The notes: a model not told the origin generated them from the sequence alone. DNA of 64,000 nucleotides from an uncultured Gammaproteobacteria bacterium (GCA_964599455.1 CAZREA010000003.1:31026-95025); one strand, 5' to 3'; positions 1 through 9,065 are shown, counted from the first letter of the stretch. Made by a program: numbers and translations.

Positions 1-2
1 AA

Positions 3-1013
3 CAAACCTTTTCTACCTTCGTCGTCGGCAAACAAAACGAACTTGCACATGCCGCCGCGCAAGCAGTGGCCGCACATCCTGGCGGCACGTACAATCCACT
101 TTTTATTTATGGCGGCGTTGGTCTTGGAAAAACACACCTACTCCACGGCATTGCCAACGAAATTCGTCGCAAGTGGCCGTCGTCACGCATCATGTATGTC
201 ACGTGCGAACATTTTACGAATGATTTTATTCATTCTATTCGTTCAGGAAAAGGAAAAGAATTCAAAGATCGCTATCGCAATGTTGATCTCCTGCTCATCG
301 ACGACATTCAATTCATTACTGGAAAAGAAGGAACGCAGGAGGAATTTTTTCATACCTTCAATGCACTTCATCAAGACAATAAACAAATCGTTATTTCTTC
401 CGATCGTCCACCAAAATCAATTGCGGGACTTGAAAAACGCCTCCAGTCTCGTCTTGAATGGGGTATGTTGGTTGACGTCGGTACGCCTGACCTGGAAACG
501 CGTATCGCTATTTTAGAAAAGAAATGTTTAGAGAAAGATGCCCGCCTGTCATCAGAAATCGTGCAGTACATTGCGGCGAATATTGTCTCGAACGTCCGTG
601 AGCTCGAAGGTGCGTTGAATAAAATCATTGCCGTTCATCAATTCCGCAACATGGAGCCCACACTTGATAGCGTAAAGCCCATCGTTGCGAGCTTTGAATC
701 AGAAAACATTAAGAAAACCGTCACCCCTAAACAAGTCATTGGTGTCGTAGCTGAATATTTCGATATTTCCAACGATGATGTACTCGGAAAAAGTCGCGAA
801 AAACGCTTGGCATTCCCCCGTCAAATCATCATGTATTTATTGCGAGAAGAAATGAGCTCATCCTATCCCACCATCGGCACCGAACTGGGTGGCCGTGATC
901 ACACCACAGCCATGCACGCACACGGAAAAATCAAGGATCTCATTGAAAACGGAGATGAAAAACTCTTAAAAGATATCGAGCTTATCCGCCAACGTCTCTA
1001 TATTGGTGGGTAA
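3..1013 (+). CDS. dnaA: Chromosomal replication initiator DnaA (5'-truncated by window edge)
   Basis: Frame open from position 3 (QTFSTFVVGKQNELAHAA); Walker A YGGVGLGKTH, LLIDDIQF, SNVRELEGAL, domain IV GGRDHTTAMHA. Confidence 0.98.
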   Translation, partial: QTFSTFVVGKQNELAHAAAQAVAAHPGGTYNPLFIYGGVGLGKTHLLHGIANEIRRKWPSSRIMYVTCEHFTNDFIHSIRSGKGKEFKDRYRNVDLLLIDDIQFITGKEGTQEEFFHTFNALHQDNKQIVISSDRPPKSIAGLEKRLQSRLEWGMLVDVGTPDLETRIAILEKKCLEKDARLSSEIVQYIAANIVSNVRELEGALNKIIAVHQFRNMEPTLDSVKPIVASFESENIKKTVTPKQVIGVVAEYFDISNDDVLGKSREKRLAFPRQIIMYLLREEMSSSYPTIGTELGGRDHTTAMHAHGKIKDLIENGDEKLLKDIELIRQRLYIGG

Positions 1014-1014
1014 C

Positions 1015-1050
1015 AAAAACATCCCTTTCTTTACAGAGAGGGATGTTTTT
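1015..1050. terminator. Intrinsic terminator after dnaA
   Basis: AAAAACATCCCT...AGGGATGTTTTT inverted repeat immediately after the stop codon. Confidence 0.85.
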
Positions 1051-1098
1051 ATATGGTACTCGCGTTCGTTTCGTCCTTAACCTGCAGGAGAAAGCAGC

Positions 1099-1464
1099 AT
1101 GGCACAGGTATCAGTCGCTTCATGGAAAGTAAGGCTGTTTGGCAAGATGATGAACGTGGCCAAAGAGCACGGCCTCCCCATGGAGTTCATCAACAACCCC
1201 CACCGGCGTTTGAGTTCCAAGGCTCGGCCCTGGAAGTCGGTAAGTGTTGCGCTGTCCGTCCAGGCGGCGACTACCACTCATCTGCACGAGAGCGGAGGCG
1301 AAAATAAGGAAAATTTCCTGGCGATCCTCGAGAAGAGTTTGCAGGCTCTGCTGGAGTCGATCATTCGAAACGAATACAAGGTTCGGATGGCAAGTAAACG
1401 AGTTCTGCCCTGGATTTCCCAGCAACTCGGCGTCCTCCAGCCCCCGTCCGCAACCGCAACCTGA
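1099..1464 (+). CDS. Hypothetical protein (GC-rich orphan)
   Basis: 121 aa ORF with AGGAG Shine-Dalgarno (SD) sequence upstream of ATG; no recognised motif. Confidence 0.55.
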   Translation: MAQVSVASWKVRLFGKMMNVAKEHGLPMEFINNPHRRLSSKARPWKSVSVALSVQAATTTHLHESGGENKENFLAILEKSLQALLESIIRNEYKVRMASKRVLPWISQQLGVLQPPSATAT

Positions 1465-1677
1465 TCTCGCGCGTCCTACGCGGTGACCAATAGTAAATAC
1501 CGTTGGCCACCGAGCGATCTCATCGCTCCGTCCGGCAACTGCCGAGCGTGTCACAGGACGCGCTCTTTGTTTTCTCAAACTCGTACTTCTATCGACCACG
1601 TGCGTGATCACTACAAGACGAGAAGGGAGTAATTGCGGGACAAACGCGCAACAATCACTCCCTACGCGTGGATCGAG

Positions 1678-1980
1678 CTAGACGATCCACGAAAAGAGCC
1701 ACCAAACCACGCGAACCGTACCGATTAAGAAAAAACTCCCCAGAAAACTCATACCAGACCAAACCGCCAGCAACTCAAGGAAGTCTTCTCTCCCATCACC
1801 CTGCAACCATGCGCCCAGTCCGCAGAGCAAGACCACAGTCAACACGCCAACTCCGCCCCACCAGAAGGAATTGCATGCAAGCGTTGCGCCGGCAGCCATA
1901 CCGACAAGCATGGTAAGCGGGAGAACCGCCCAAGCTGCCATATGTCGATGACGCTGGAGTACCCGAGAGACGTTTCCCAT
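1678..1980 (-). CDS. Small membrane protein
   Basis: 100 aa with about 3 hydrophobic segments; GGAGGT SD upstream. Confidence 0.65.
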   Translation of the reverse strand: MGNVSRVLQRHRHMAAWAVLPLTMLVGMAAGATLACNSFWWGGVGVLTVVLLCGLGAWLQGDGREDFLELLAVWSGMSFLGSFFLIGTVRVVWWLFSWIV

Positions 1981-2018
1981 CTTACCTCCAATTGATCAAC
2001 GTTAGATGAGCGATTCGT

Positions 2019-2405
2019 TCAGGTATTAACGGTGAGCTTTCGACGAAAGGCCCAAACCGCCACACCGGCAGTCAGAAGACCTCCGTACCAAATCGTCGCA
2101 TCCCAAACCGGCGGGGACCACGGCGGTGCAGAGGAATTTGCCATACCCGTAACCACTACTGCCGCAGCATTGAACATGAAGAAAGCCTCTATCGCTATCT
2201 CCCCGTCCTCCCGTGCAACGGGCTGCTTCCACAACAGGATCAGTGTGACCAAGAACAAAATCACGGAGATCGCCGCGAGGATATAGCCGATATTTCCTCC
2301 ATACGAGGCCTTATCATAGGCCCCGAATGTACCCGCGAACAGAGCAAGGATAATCCCGGCCACGAAACAACTGCCCCGAATCGAAGCGATAGCTTCTTTC
2401 ATCAT
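2019..2405 (-). CDS. Membrane protein, about 4 TM
   Basis: 128 aa hydrophobic ORF; GGAGG SD upstream. Confidence 0.7.
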   Translation of the reverse strand: MMKEAIASIRGSCFVAGIILALFAGTFGAYDKASYGGNIGYILAAISVILFLVTLILLWKQPVAREDGEIAIEAFFMFNAAAVVVTGMANSSAPPWSPPVWDATIWYGGLLTAGVAVWAFRRKLTVNT

Positions 2406-2543
2406 TCCTCCAGAATTTTCACAGGTTGAGTACTCGGATCCGAAAATAAATTAACATACTTAGCCAAAAAGACAATAATTTCTCTATAATTTCGTTCGTT
2501 GTTCTTCTTACTCTAGAATGGGTTTGGCGTGCCAAACCCCTAC

Positions 2544-2845
2544 TTATCCCCAGTCTATCCCCATCTGCGCATAATGTTCGGGATCTGTTCGATGTGCACA
2601 AAGTGGGGACAAGGCCGTGGATAAGGTTGGGGTAAGTCCGTGGACAAGAATGGGATAAAACAGGGATAACTTTTTATGGGAACGTCCGCCAAACCTTCTC
2701 CCCAGTCTATCCTCCTCTCCATCCCAAATTCATCCCCATCCGTCCCATCCGTTGCGTTCAATGAAAGCCGTGCTATCCGTCATTTATCCCCACCATCCAC
2801 AGGCTTACTAATGCAGCCTTTTCTTTCTTCTTAAATAAAGTAATC
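2544..2845. other. Probable replication origin oriC
   Basis: Intergenic between dnaA and dnaN; many DnaA-box-like 9-mers (TTATCCCCA at 2544 and 2784, CGTGGATAA at 2616, CCATCCACA at 2793 and others); last box pair followed by GGCT-TAC-TAA-TGC and an AT/pyrimidine-rich tract. Confidence 0.85.
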
Positions 2846-2873
2846 TGTAGCCATCACGCTTGATCCCATTCCT

Positions 2874-4010
2874 GTGAAATTCTCCTGTACAAAAGATAAT
2901 CTTCATCAAGGCCTCTCCCTGGTCAGTCATGTAAGTAGTAAGAGTGTAAATCTTCCCATCCTTAATAACATTCTTCTGCAGGCCGACGTAGGAGGAGTGA
3001 AGTTAACGTCAACGAATCTTGATCTTACGGTTGCTTGTACCGTTCGTGCAAAAGTTGATCAACCTGGCGAATACACGCTCCCAGCAAAACTGTTTGATGA
3101 TTATGTCGGATTGTTGCCAGATGAGCGAATCGATCTTGATCTGCTTGATAGCGCGGTCTCTATCGTTTGTGGGAAATCGAAAACGAAAATGAATGGACTG
3201 CCATCAGCAGAATTTCCCGTCATTCCGAAAGTAACAGGAGGAGCGGTGTATTCGGTGATAGCCTCGGCATTTGATGCGGCGCTTGGGCAAACGATTTTCT
3301 CGGTTGCAACAAGTGAGGCACGGCAAATTCTCACCGGAGCATTTCTCTCCTTTAGTGGACAAGAAAAAACCGTGATTGTGGCGGCAACAGATAGTTATCG
3401 CTTGGGAGAAAAGATGGTTCCGCTAATAAGTGAGACATTGGGTGACCGAAAAGTAGTAGTTCCTGCACGAACACTGGCTGAACTTCGTCGCGTAATGAGT
3501 GTGATGCGAGCAAATGTTGAAGCTCCGGAGCAGCTCGATATTGAATTAACCGATAATCAAATTGCTTTCCGGTATGGAACCGTTGAGCTGTCATCGCGCA
3601 CCATTGATGGCGTTTATCCCGATTATCGACAGATTATCCCCAAAACATTCACAAGTGAATTTATTATTGATCGCTCAGCACTCGTACAAGCGGTAAAGCG
3701 AACGGCATTATTCTCGAAGAATGGCTTGTTTGATGTGAAATTTGAAGTAAAAGCAGAATCAAAAGAACTCATTCTTACCGCAGGAGAAATTGGGAAGGGA
3801 GAAAATATGGTGAGCGTTGACGTCGATGTACAACAGGGTGCCGATAATGCCGTAACGTTAAACTTTCGCTATCTCCTTGATGGTTTAAGCGCGATGTCGT
3901 CCGAAAAGATTCTCGTCAAAATGATCGATGCGATGAATCCGTGCGTGTTATTTCCCCACGGACAAGAAAAGAATGATTACCTGTATATCGTGATGCCTAT
4001 TCGGCAGTAA
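2874..4010 (+). CDS. dnaN: DNA polymerase III beta sliding clamp
   Basis: 378 aa; LPILNNILL, ATDSYRL, YPDYRQIIP, C-terminal YIVMPIR. Confidence 0.98.
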   Translation: MKFSCTKDNLHQGLSLVSHVSSKSVNLPILNNILLQADVGGVKLTSTNLDLTVACTVRAKVDQPGEYTLPAKLFDDYVGLLPDERIDLDLLDSAVSIVCGKSKTKMNGLPSAEFPVIPKVTGGAVYSVIASAFDAALGQTIFSVATSEARQILTGAFLSFSGQEKTVIVAATDSYRLGEKMVPLISETLGDRKVVVPARTLAELRRVMSVMRANVEAPEQLDIELTDNQIAFRYGTVELSSRTIDGVYPDYRQIIPKTFTSEFIIDRSALVQAVKRTALFSKNGLFDVKFEVKAESKELILTAGEIGKGENMVSVDVDVQQGADNAVTLNFRYLLDGLSAMSSEKILVKMIDAMNPCVLFPHGQEKNDYLYIVMPIRQ

Positions 4011-4047
4011 TAAAAAACTCCTCGAAGTTCTCGAGGAGTTTTTTATT
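4009..4047. terminator. Bidirectional intrinsic terminator
   Basis: AATAAAAAACTCCTCGA / TCGAGGAGTTTTTTATT perfect inverted repeat. Confidence 0.9.
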
Positions 4048-4167
4048 ATTCTCTGACGATCATGAAAGGCATGCTCTGCAGAGAATGTCCGTCACTCTGG
4101 CTCCACGCAGAGTGACGGATGAGGGAGGGTGGGTTGTGCGGACGGGGTCGGGTCGACGTGGCGCCGA

Positions 4168-4416
4168 CTAGAGCCCGTTGCTGATGCCGGTGCCGTGCCA
4201 CTTGTTGTGGAACTCGCCGTCGCGCGGCTGGGAGATGATCCGGTTGTCCTTCAGCGCCGGGCCGAAGCCGTTGCTGACCTTGGGCGGGTTCCCGGGGTTG
4301 CCGACCATGATGAGGCTGTTGTCGTCGGGGTCTCCCCGGGTCGCGAGGCTGCTGTCGGTGGGGCCCAGGGGCGAGATTCCGAGCAAGGAGAACAGGATCG
4401 CGAAGAGGAAGTTCAT
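4168..4416 (-). CDS. Small putative secreted peptide (82 aa, GC-rich)
   Basis: MNFLFAILFSLLGISP signal-like N-terminus; GGAG SD; strongly G/C-ending codons; upstream promoter. Confidence 0.6.
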   Translation of the reverse strand: MNFLFAILFSLLGISPLGPTDSSLATRGDPDDNSLIMVGNPGNPPKVSNGFGPALKDNRIISQPRDGEFHNKWHGTGISNGL

Positions 4417-4540
4417 TGAAGTATCTCCGTCGTGAGGGTGAGAGATGAAGAATGGACTGACCATCTCCCGTTGGTTTTTTCAGCCCTTTTTAGAGAAAAG
4501 AACATGTTTTCTCCAAGAAGGGCTGAAAAAATGAGTGAAA

Positions 4541-4569
4541 AGCTTAGCAGATTTTTATTTTTTTGTCAA
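4541..4569 (-). promoter_or_regulatory. sigma70 promoter for the 4416 gene
   Basis: TTGACA-17 nt-TAAGCT with TGn extended -10 on the minus strand. Confidence 0.6.
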
Positions 4570-4572
4570 ATA

Positions 4573-4606
4573 AAAAACCGGCTCATAAATTTGTGAGCCG
4601 GTTTTT
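4573..4606. terminator. Intrinsic terminator of the PBP gene
   Basis: AAAAACCGGCTCA...TGAGCCGGTTTTT. Confidence 0.85.
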
Positions 4607-7496
4607 AAAGTGAGATCGGCAATGCGGTTACCGACTGATTTTTTACAAGAATAGTAACGGGCATCGCTTCTCTACTTTCCCCAGTTCGTGTCATGCCAAC
4701 CGCGGTAAGAATGTACTGTCCATCGGTACTGATGGTCCAAGGAATACTTGTAATAGCCGAGGGCGAAACTACGCTCGTAATAATATATTCTGATCCATCC
4801 CAAAGGTTATGTGCTGATAACTCGAGACTTACTAAATTTACGGCATCGGGAATTTCGACGGCAACCGTATAGGTAGTTGAGGTGTCGACCGGCTTATCAA
4901 TGATTTGCCCCGTGAAAGGATTGGTGATGCGGATGTTCGACGATGTTGTTGATCCTTCCCGGACATCAATGGTGATGCTGTCGGTTGCGTTGTTGTCGAT
5001 GTCGTCGTAAATGGTCGCGCTGAGTGTATGGCTGCCTGCAGAAACCCAGGAGGGAAGAGTAAGAGTTGCTTCATCCATGTTGTCGGACGTCATGATAAAC
5101 GTTCCGTCGATCGCATAATCAACACGATTGAAGGTACGCTTCACACCACTTGAAAGTTCAACCGTAAAGATTTGATCAACCGTATCGTTATTGTCGGGGC
5201 TTTTAATGTTGATGCTCGGCTCATTTTTTCTGACATGCAAATCATCTTCTTCGGTTGGGACCGTGCAGGTTTCTAAAGGCGCCTCACCTTCTTTTAGGGC
5301 AGCATTGTGGCGAGCAATATAACTTTGTACCGCTCCTTCCCATGAGGTGTAGTACGGATCTTTCTCGGGATTTTCCGGAACAGGGCCAATAGGATTATTT
5401 TTATCAACGTACTGCAAAATGGTATGGAATTCACCACACGTTTTTGTTTCTTTAAATGATTCTGGCGTGCGATCGGTCGCGAGTTTTCCTGATGCGCGAT
5501 CGAGCGTGACGGTAGTGACTGCCATTTGGCCATCGAGTACCGCTTTACCGGTTGTAGGAATACTTGGGGCAGGGAATGATTCGACTGCCGTTCCTTGCAG
5601 CGATCGTTTCATGAATTCATTCCACACTGGTGCCGCGATTTTTGATCCGTCCGCACCACGCGTCATCAACGTTCCCGAAGCATTCCCAACCCACACGCCC
5701 GCAACCAGTGATGGTGTGTAGCCAACCGTCCACGCATCTTTATAATTGTTGGTAGTTCCGGTTTTAGCAGCGACCGCGCGATCGCCAAATGTGAGGTAGT
5801 TTGAAGCGCCGAAGACATATGCACGAGCGGCATTATCGGACATGACGTTGGTGATCGTGGCCGCAATATTGCTGTCGAGCACACTAGTGCCGGTATTTTC
5901 TTCGGCATTGCGTTCTTCTAAAACCGTCCCATCACTTGTGGTTACTTTTAAAATGGCGAGCGGATTGTGATGCATGCCGTTATTTGCAAGTGCTGCATAC
6001 GCACCGACATGATCGATCATTTTGACTTCAGCTCCACCCAAAACCATCGACAGTCCGATGCTCGACCGATCGGTGAGGGTTGAATAACCTAGTCGTTGCG
6101 CAAAAGCAACGGCATTGTCGATTCCTACAAGATAAAGCGTTTTCACGGCAGGAATGTTGAGTGATCCTTGCAGTGCTTTGCGCATCGTGACCATGCCATG
6201 CTCACCGCTGTCATAGTTGTGAGGATTATAGGGACCGGTTTCGGTAGAGAACGTTGTTTCCACATCCCACAAAACGGTGTTTGGCGTGTAGCCTTTTTCG
6301 AACGCGGCAGCATACACGATCGGCTTAATGCTTGATCCTGGCTGCAACGGTTGCAATGTGACGTTTACTTGTCCGTCGATGTCATCATTGGAAAAATCAG
6401 GAGAGCCGACCATTGCCAAAATTTCTCCGGTTTTGGGATTCATGGCCAACAAACCCGCGTTCGTAAAACCATATGTTGAACCGTAGGTAGCAACACCATT
6501 GTCGATTGCCTCTTCGGCAATTTGTTGTTTGTCGTAATCAAGCGTGGTGATAACGTGAAGCCCCCCTGTTTCCACTGCCTGTGTCCCGTATGTTTCTTCT
6601 AAAAGACTTTTTACCCACATCACAAAATGAGGTGCGGTAATGTCGTTTGCTTCAATAGTAATGGGTGTATCTTGTGCCAGCGCGGCATTCGCCTCGTCTT
6701 GAGTGACGTATCCCAGATCAGCCATGCTCTGCAAAATCCAATCGCGGCGAGATTTTAACAGTTCGGGATCGTTCATCAGGCGAGTTGGTCGATTGGGAAG
6801 AGCGGCCAGCGTTGCGGCTTCGGCGAGCGTGACATCTTTTACTGATTTGCCAAAATATTCTTGCGCCGCAGCCTCGATTCCATAGTTGGTGCCACCATAC
6901 GGAATTTCATTCAGGTACATCTGCAAAATTTCTTCTTTATTGAAACGTTGTTCCAGCGCAAGCGAAATCATAATTTCGCGTATTTTACGGGAATAGTCCT
7001 GCACGTCGGTAAGCATAGCCTTTTTAACGAACTGTTGGGTGATAGTGGAGGCACCCTGACCGGTGGCATCGAGGTGCATCACATTATAAAGTAGGGCACG
7101 TAAAATACCGACCGGATCAATACCAAAATGTTTGTAGAATTTACGATCTTCGGCCGTGATGGTGGCATTGATGACGTTTGCAGGAATTTGATCGATGGTA
7201 ACGAGCGTTCGTTTTTTGTCGGGCGCAATTTCGTACAACAGATGTGTATCGGTGTGATCGTAAATTTTGGTTGATTGGGCAATTTGGCGATTAATGAGTT
7301 CATTCGGATCGGGAAGATCACGTGAGTACCACGCGAACATAGCGAGCAAAATAAGCGCACAGAAAAGCCCCCCAGCTAAGCCAAGTAGAATGAGGTTTTT
7401 GATAAGCGTTTTTCGGTCCAGCCGTTGCCACCAGTGCTTTAGTCCGGTGATCGACCAATTTTTCTTGGATTGATGTCCTTTAGCGTAGCGAAACAT
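4605..7496 (-). CDS. Class A penicillin-binding protein (PBP1A family) with C-terminal Ig-like domains
   Basis: Transglycosylase EDRKFYKHFG, GASTITQQ, YLNEIPYG; transpeptidase SSIK, SLN, KTG; start re-assigned to MFRYAKG at 7496. Confidence 0.95.
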   Translation of the reverse strand: MFRYAKGHQSKKNWSITGLKHWWQRLDRKTLIKNLILLGLAGGLFCALILLAMFAWYSRDLPDPNELINRQIAQSTKIYDHTDTHLLYEIAPDKKRTLVTIDQIPANVINATITAEDRKFYKHFGIDPVGILRALLYNVMHLDATGQGASTITQQFVKKAMLTDVQDYSRKIREIMISLALEQRFNKEEILQMYLNEIPYGGTNYGIEAAAQEYFGKSVKDVTLAEAATLAALPNRPTRLMNDPELLKSRRDWILQSMADLGYVTQDEANAALAQDTPITIEANDITAPHFVMWVKSLLEETYGTQAVETGGLHVITTLDYDKQQIAEEAIDNGVATYGSTYGFTNAGLLAMNPKTGEILAMVGSPDFSNDDIDGQVNVTLQPLQPGSSIKPIVYAAAFEKGYTPNTVLWDVETTFSTETGPYNPHNYDSGEHGMVTMRKALQGSLNIPAVKTLYLVGIDNAVAFAQRLGYSTLTDRSSIGLSMVLGGAEVKMIDHVGAYAALANNGMHHNPLAILKVTTSDGTVLEERNAEENTGTSVLDSNIAATITNVMSDNAARAYVFGASNYLTFGDRAVAAKTGTTNNYKDAWTVGYTPSLVAGVWVGNASGTLMTRGADGSKIAAPVWNEFMKRSLQGTAVESFPAPSIPTTGKAVLDGQMAVTTVTLDRASGKLATDRTPESFKETKTCGEFHTILQYVDKNNPIGPVPENPEKDPYYTSWEGAVQSYIARHNAALKEGEAPLETCTVPTEEDDLHVRKNEPSINIKSPDNNDTVDQIFTVELSSGVKRTFNRVDYAIDGTFIMTSDNMDEATLTLPSWVSAGSHTLSATIYDDIDNNATDSITIDVREGSTTSSNIRITNPFTGQIIDKPVDTSTTYTVAVEIPDAVNLVSLELSAHNLWDGSEYIITSVVSPSAITSIPWTISTDGQYILTAVGMTRTGESREAMPVTILVKNQSVTALPISL

Positions 7497-7695
7497 AGAG
7501 AAGATTTGAGGATAGCATACGGGAAAGGGAAGGAAGGGGAAAGAGGACATGGACGCGTATTCGGCGGACGATGGACGCCGGACGTAGAGACGGGCCGCTG
7601 GCCCGTCTCTCCAGCGAAGGAATCGGCTAAAAAGCAAGAGCGCACCCGTGGGCGGCGTGGCCACGGATGGTGGCTCTTGCCGCGCACTGAGTGCG

Positions 7696-8016
7696 CTACG
7701 TTTCGTCACGAGGGACGATGTGTCCCGACTCCTCGAGACCATTGAACCCGTCCCGAGCGATCGCGGGTTTCGCGCTACTCTCGAGGAGCTTGTTCTGCTC
7801 CCCCATCTTATCCTCGATGCTGAGGAGAATGCTGCAGATCACCTCCAGGGGAAAAAGCAGGGCGAGCACGGTGAAGTACAAGGCAAAGGGCAGGAAGATC
7901 GGCGTCTCCATCAGCCCGAGCCCAAGAAGCACGGCCGCCGCTCCACCAAGAAACGTAGCATTGCTCATGTTCGGAGCCTTTTTGACTTCCGTCGACTTTT
8001 CATTTTGTTCGGTCAT
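7696..8016 (-). CDS. Hypothetical membrane protein (GC-rich orphan)
   Basis: 106 aa, 2 TM; GGGAG SD; TTGACG-17-TATAGT promoter at about 8074-8102 (minus). Confidence 0.65.
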   Translation of the reverse strand: MTEQNEKSTEVKKAPNMSNATFLGGAAAVLLGLGLMETPIFLPFALYFTVLALLFPLEVICSILLSIEDKMGEQNKLLESSAKPAIARDGFNGLEESGHIVPRDET

Positions 8017-8230
8017 CGCGAATCTCCCATCCCGAGTCGGGGTCAGTTTTGAGTTGAGTGAAGTAACAAATAACTATACTACAAAAATACCCTTTCGTCA
8101 ACCGCAAAAGATGCGATTATGCTCTAACTTTAGATAAATATTCTGTTGATAAACGGATTTGGTGATTGGTTTTTGTTCGCAATCGTTTCGGGTTTTGTTG
8201 CGGGTTCGTGGTACGTCCGCATTCCACGAA

Positions 8231-8256
8231 AGGGGTCGGCCGTGGCCGACCCCTAC
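8231..8256 (-). repeat. GTAG-type REP-like palindrome
   Basis: Minus strand GTAG-GGGTCGGCC-AC-GGCCGACCC-CT. Confidence 0.55.
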
Positions 8257-8400
8257 GAATTACGTCCACAGCGTGGTTGCATACGACCGTTGTTGGACGC
8301 ATCCTCAACGTGTTCGCAACGATCGTTTATTCCCATTATTTTCCCGTCTTTTTCGCCTTTATATATTCGCTTATATTAGCCATATAATGTCATTTCTCCA

Positions 8401-8429
8401 TTGACAAAATGGCCAAAAAATGGTACGAT
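8401..8429 (+). promoter_or_regulatory. sigma70 promoter
   Basis: TTGACA-17 nt-TACGAT with TGn extension. Confidence 0.65.
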
Positions 8430-8475
8430 ACTCGCACAGAAAATCCCGGGGGAGACTTCGGGGTTTTTGATTTCT

Positions 8476-9012
8476 ATGAAAACATTCCTTCGCGCTTACG
8501 CACGTATCCCGACCTTCTTGCGGAATTCTCCGTTTGAAATGTTCGGTATGGGTATTATCTTGGCCGCTTTAGTTTCTGTATTGGTGCCGACGAACTTCGC
8601 CATCACCGCTACCGACACCTCAGCACAAGAAAAAGCGATTGCGCTTGAGGTAAAAGCAATGCAAAACGAAACGGTTGCGTATGGCGTTTTGCCGACCGCA
8701 GATTTAAAAGATACCCCTGACACGGTTATGCATGTAACCGCCACGGCGTATAACAGTCTTGTCGGTCAAACTGATTCCACGCCGTTTATTACGGCCCGAG
8801 GAACGCACACTCGCCATGGTGTGATTGCGGCGAACTTCGTGCCGTTCGGAACGCTGATTAAAATCCCGGCAATCTACGGTGATGAAATCTTCGTTGTCGA
8901 AGACCGTATGAACCCGCGCTATACCCGCCGTATCGACATCTGGATGGAAGAATTAGCTGATGCGCGGAAGTTCGGTGTGAAGAATATTGAAATTGAGGTG
9001 TATTATCCGTAA
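8476..9012 (+). CDS. 3D-domain (MltA/RlpA-like) cell-wall protein
   Basis: VTATAYNS..QTDSTPFITA, IAANFVPFGT, VEDRM, RIDIW; N-terminal TM. Confidence 0.9.
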   Translation: MKTFLRAYARIPTFLRNSPFEMFGMGIILAALVSVLVPTNFAITATDTSAQEKAIALEVKAMQNETVAYGVLPTADLKDTPDTVMHVTATAYNSLVGQTDSTPFITARGTHTRHGVIAANFVPFGTLIKIPAIYGDEIFVVEDRMNPRYTRRIDIWMEELADARKFGVKNIEIEVYYP

Positions 9013-9020
9013 AAAGGGAT

Positions 9021-9053
9021 ACAAAAAACCGGGGCGTTCGTCCGGTTTTTTGT
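9021..9053. terminator. Bidirectional terminator between the 3D gene and tRNA-Cys
   Basis: ACAAAAAACCGG...CCGGTTTTTTGT. Confidence 0.85.
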
Positions 9054-9065
9054 TTCTGAGTTTCG

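Noticed and set aside
2544-2801. Periodic repeats as a CRISPR array
   Set aside because: Units are 9 bp at 11-12 bp spacing and match DnaA boxes; no repeat-spacer structure or cas genes seen anywhere in the window.
7497-7742. 82-aa N-terminal extension of the PBP
   Set aside because: Runs through hairpin-rich GC DNA and overlaps the 7696 gene; MFRYAKG start gives a normal short cytoplasmic tail before the TM.
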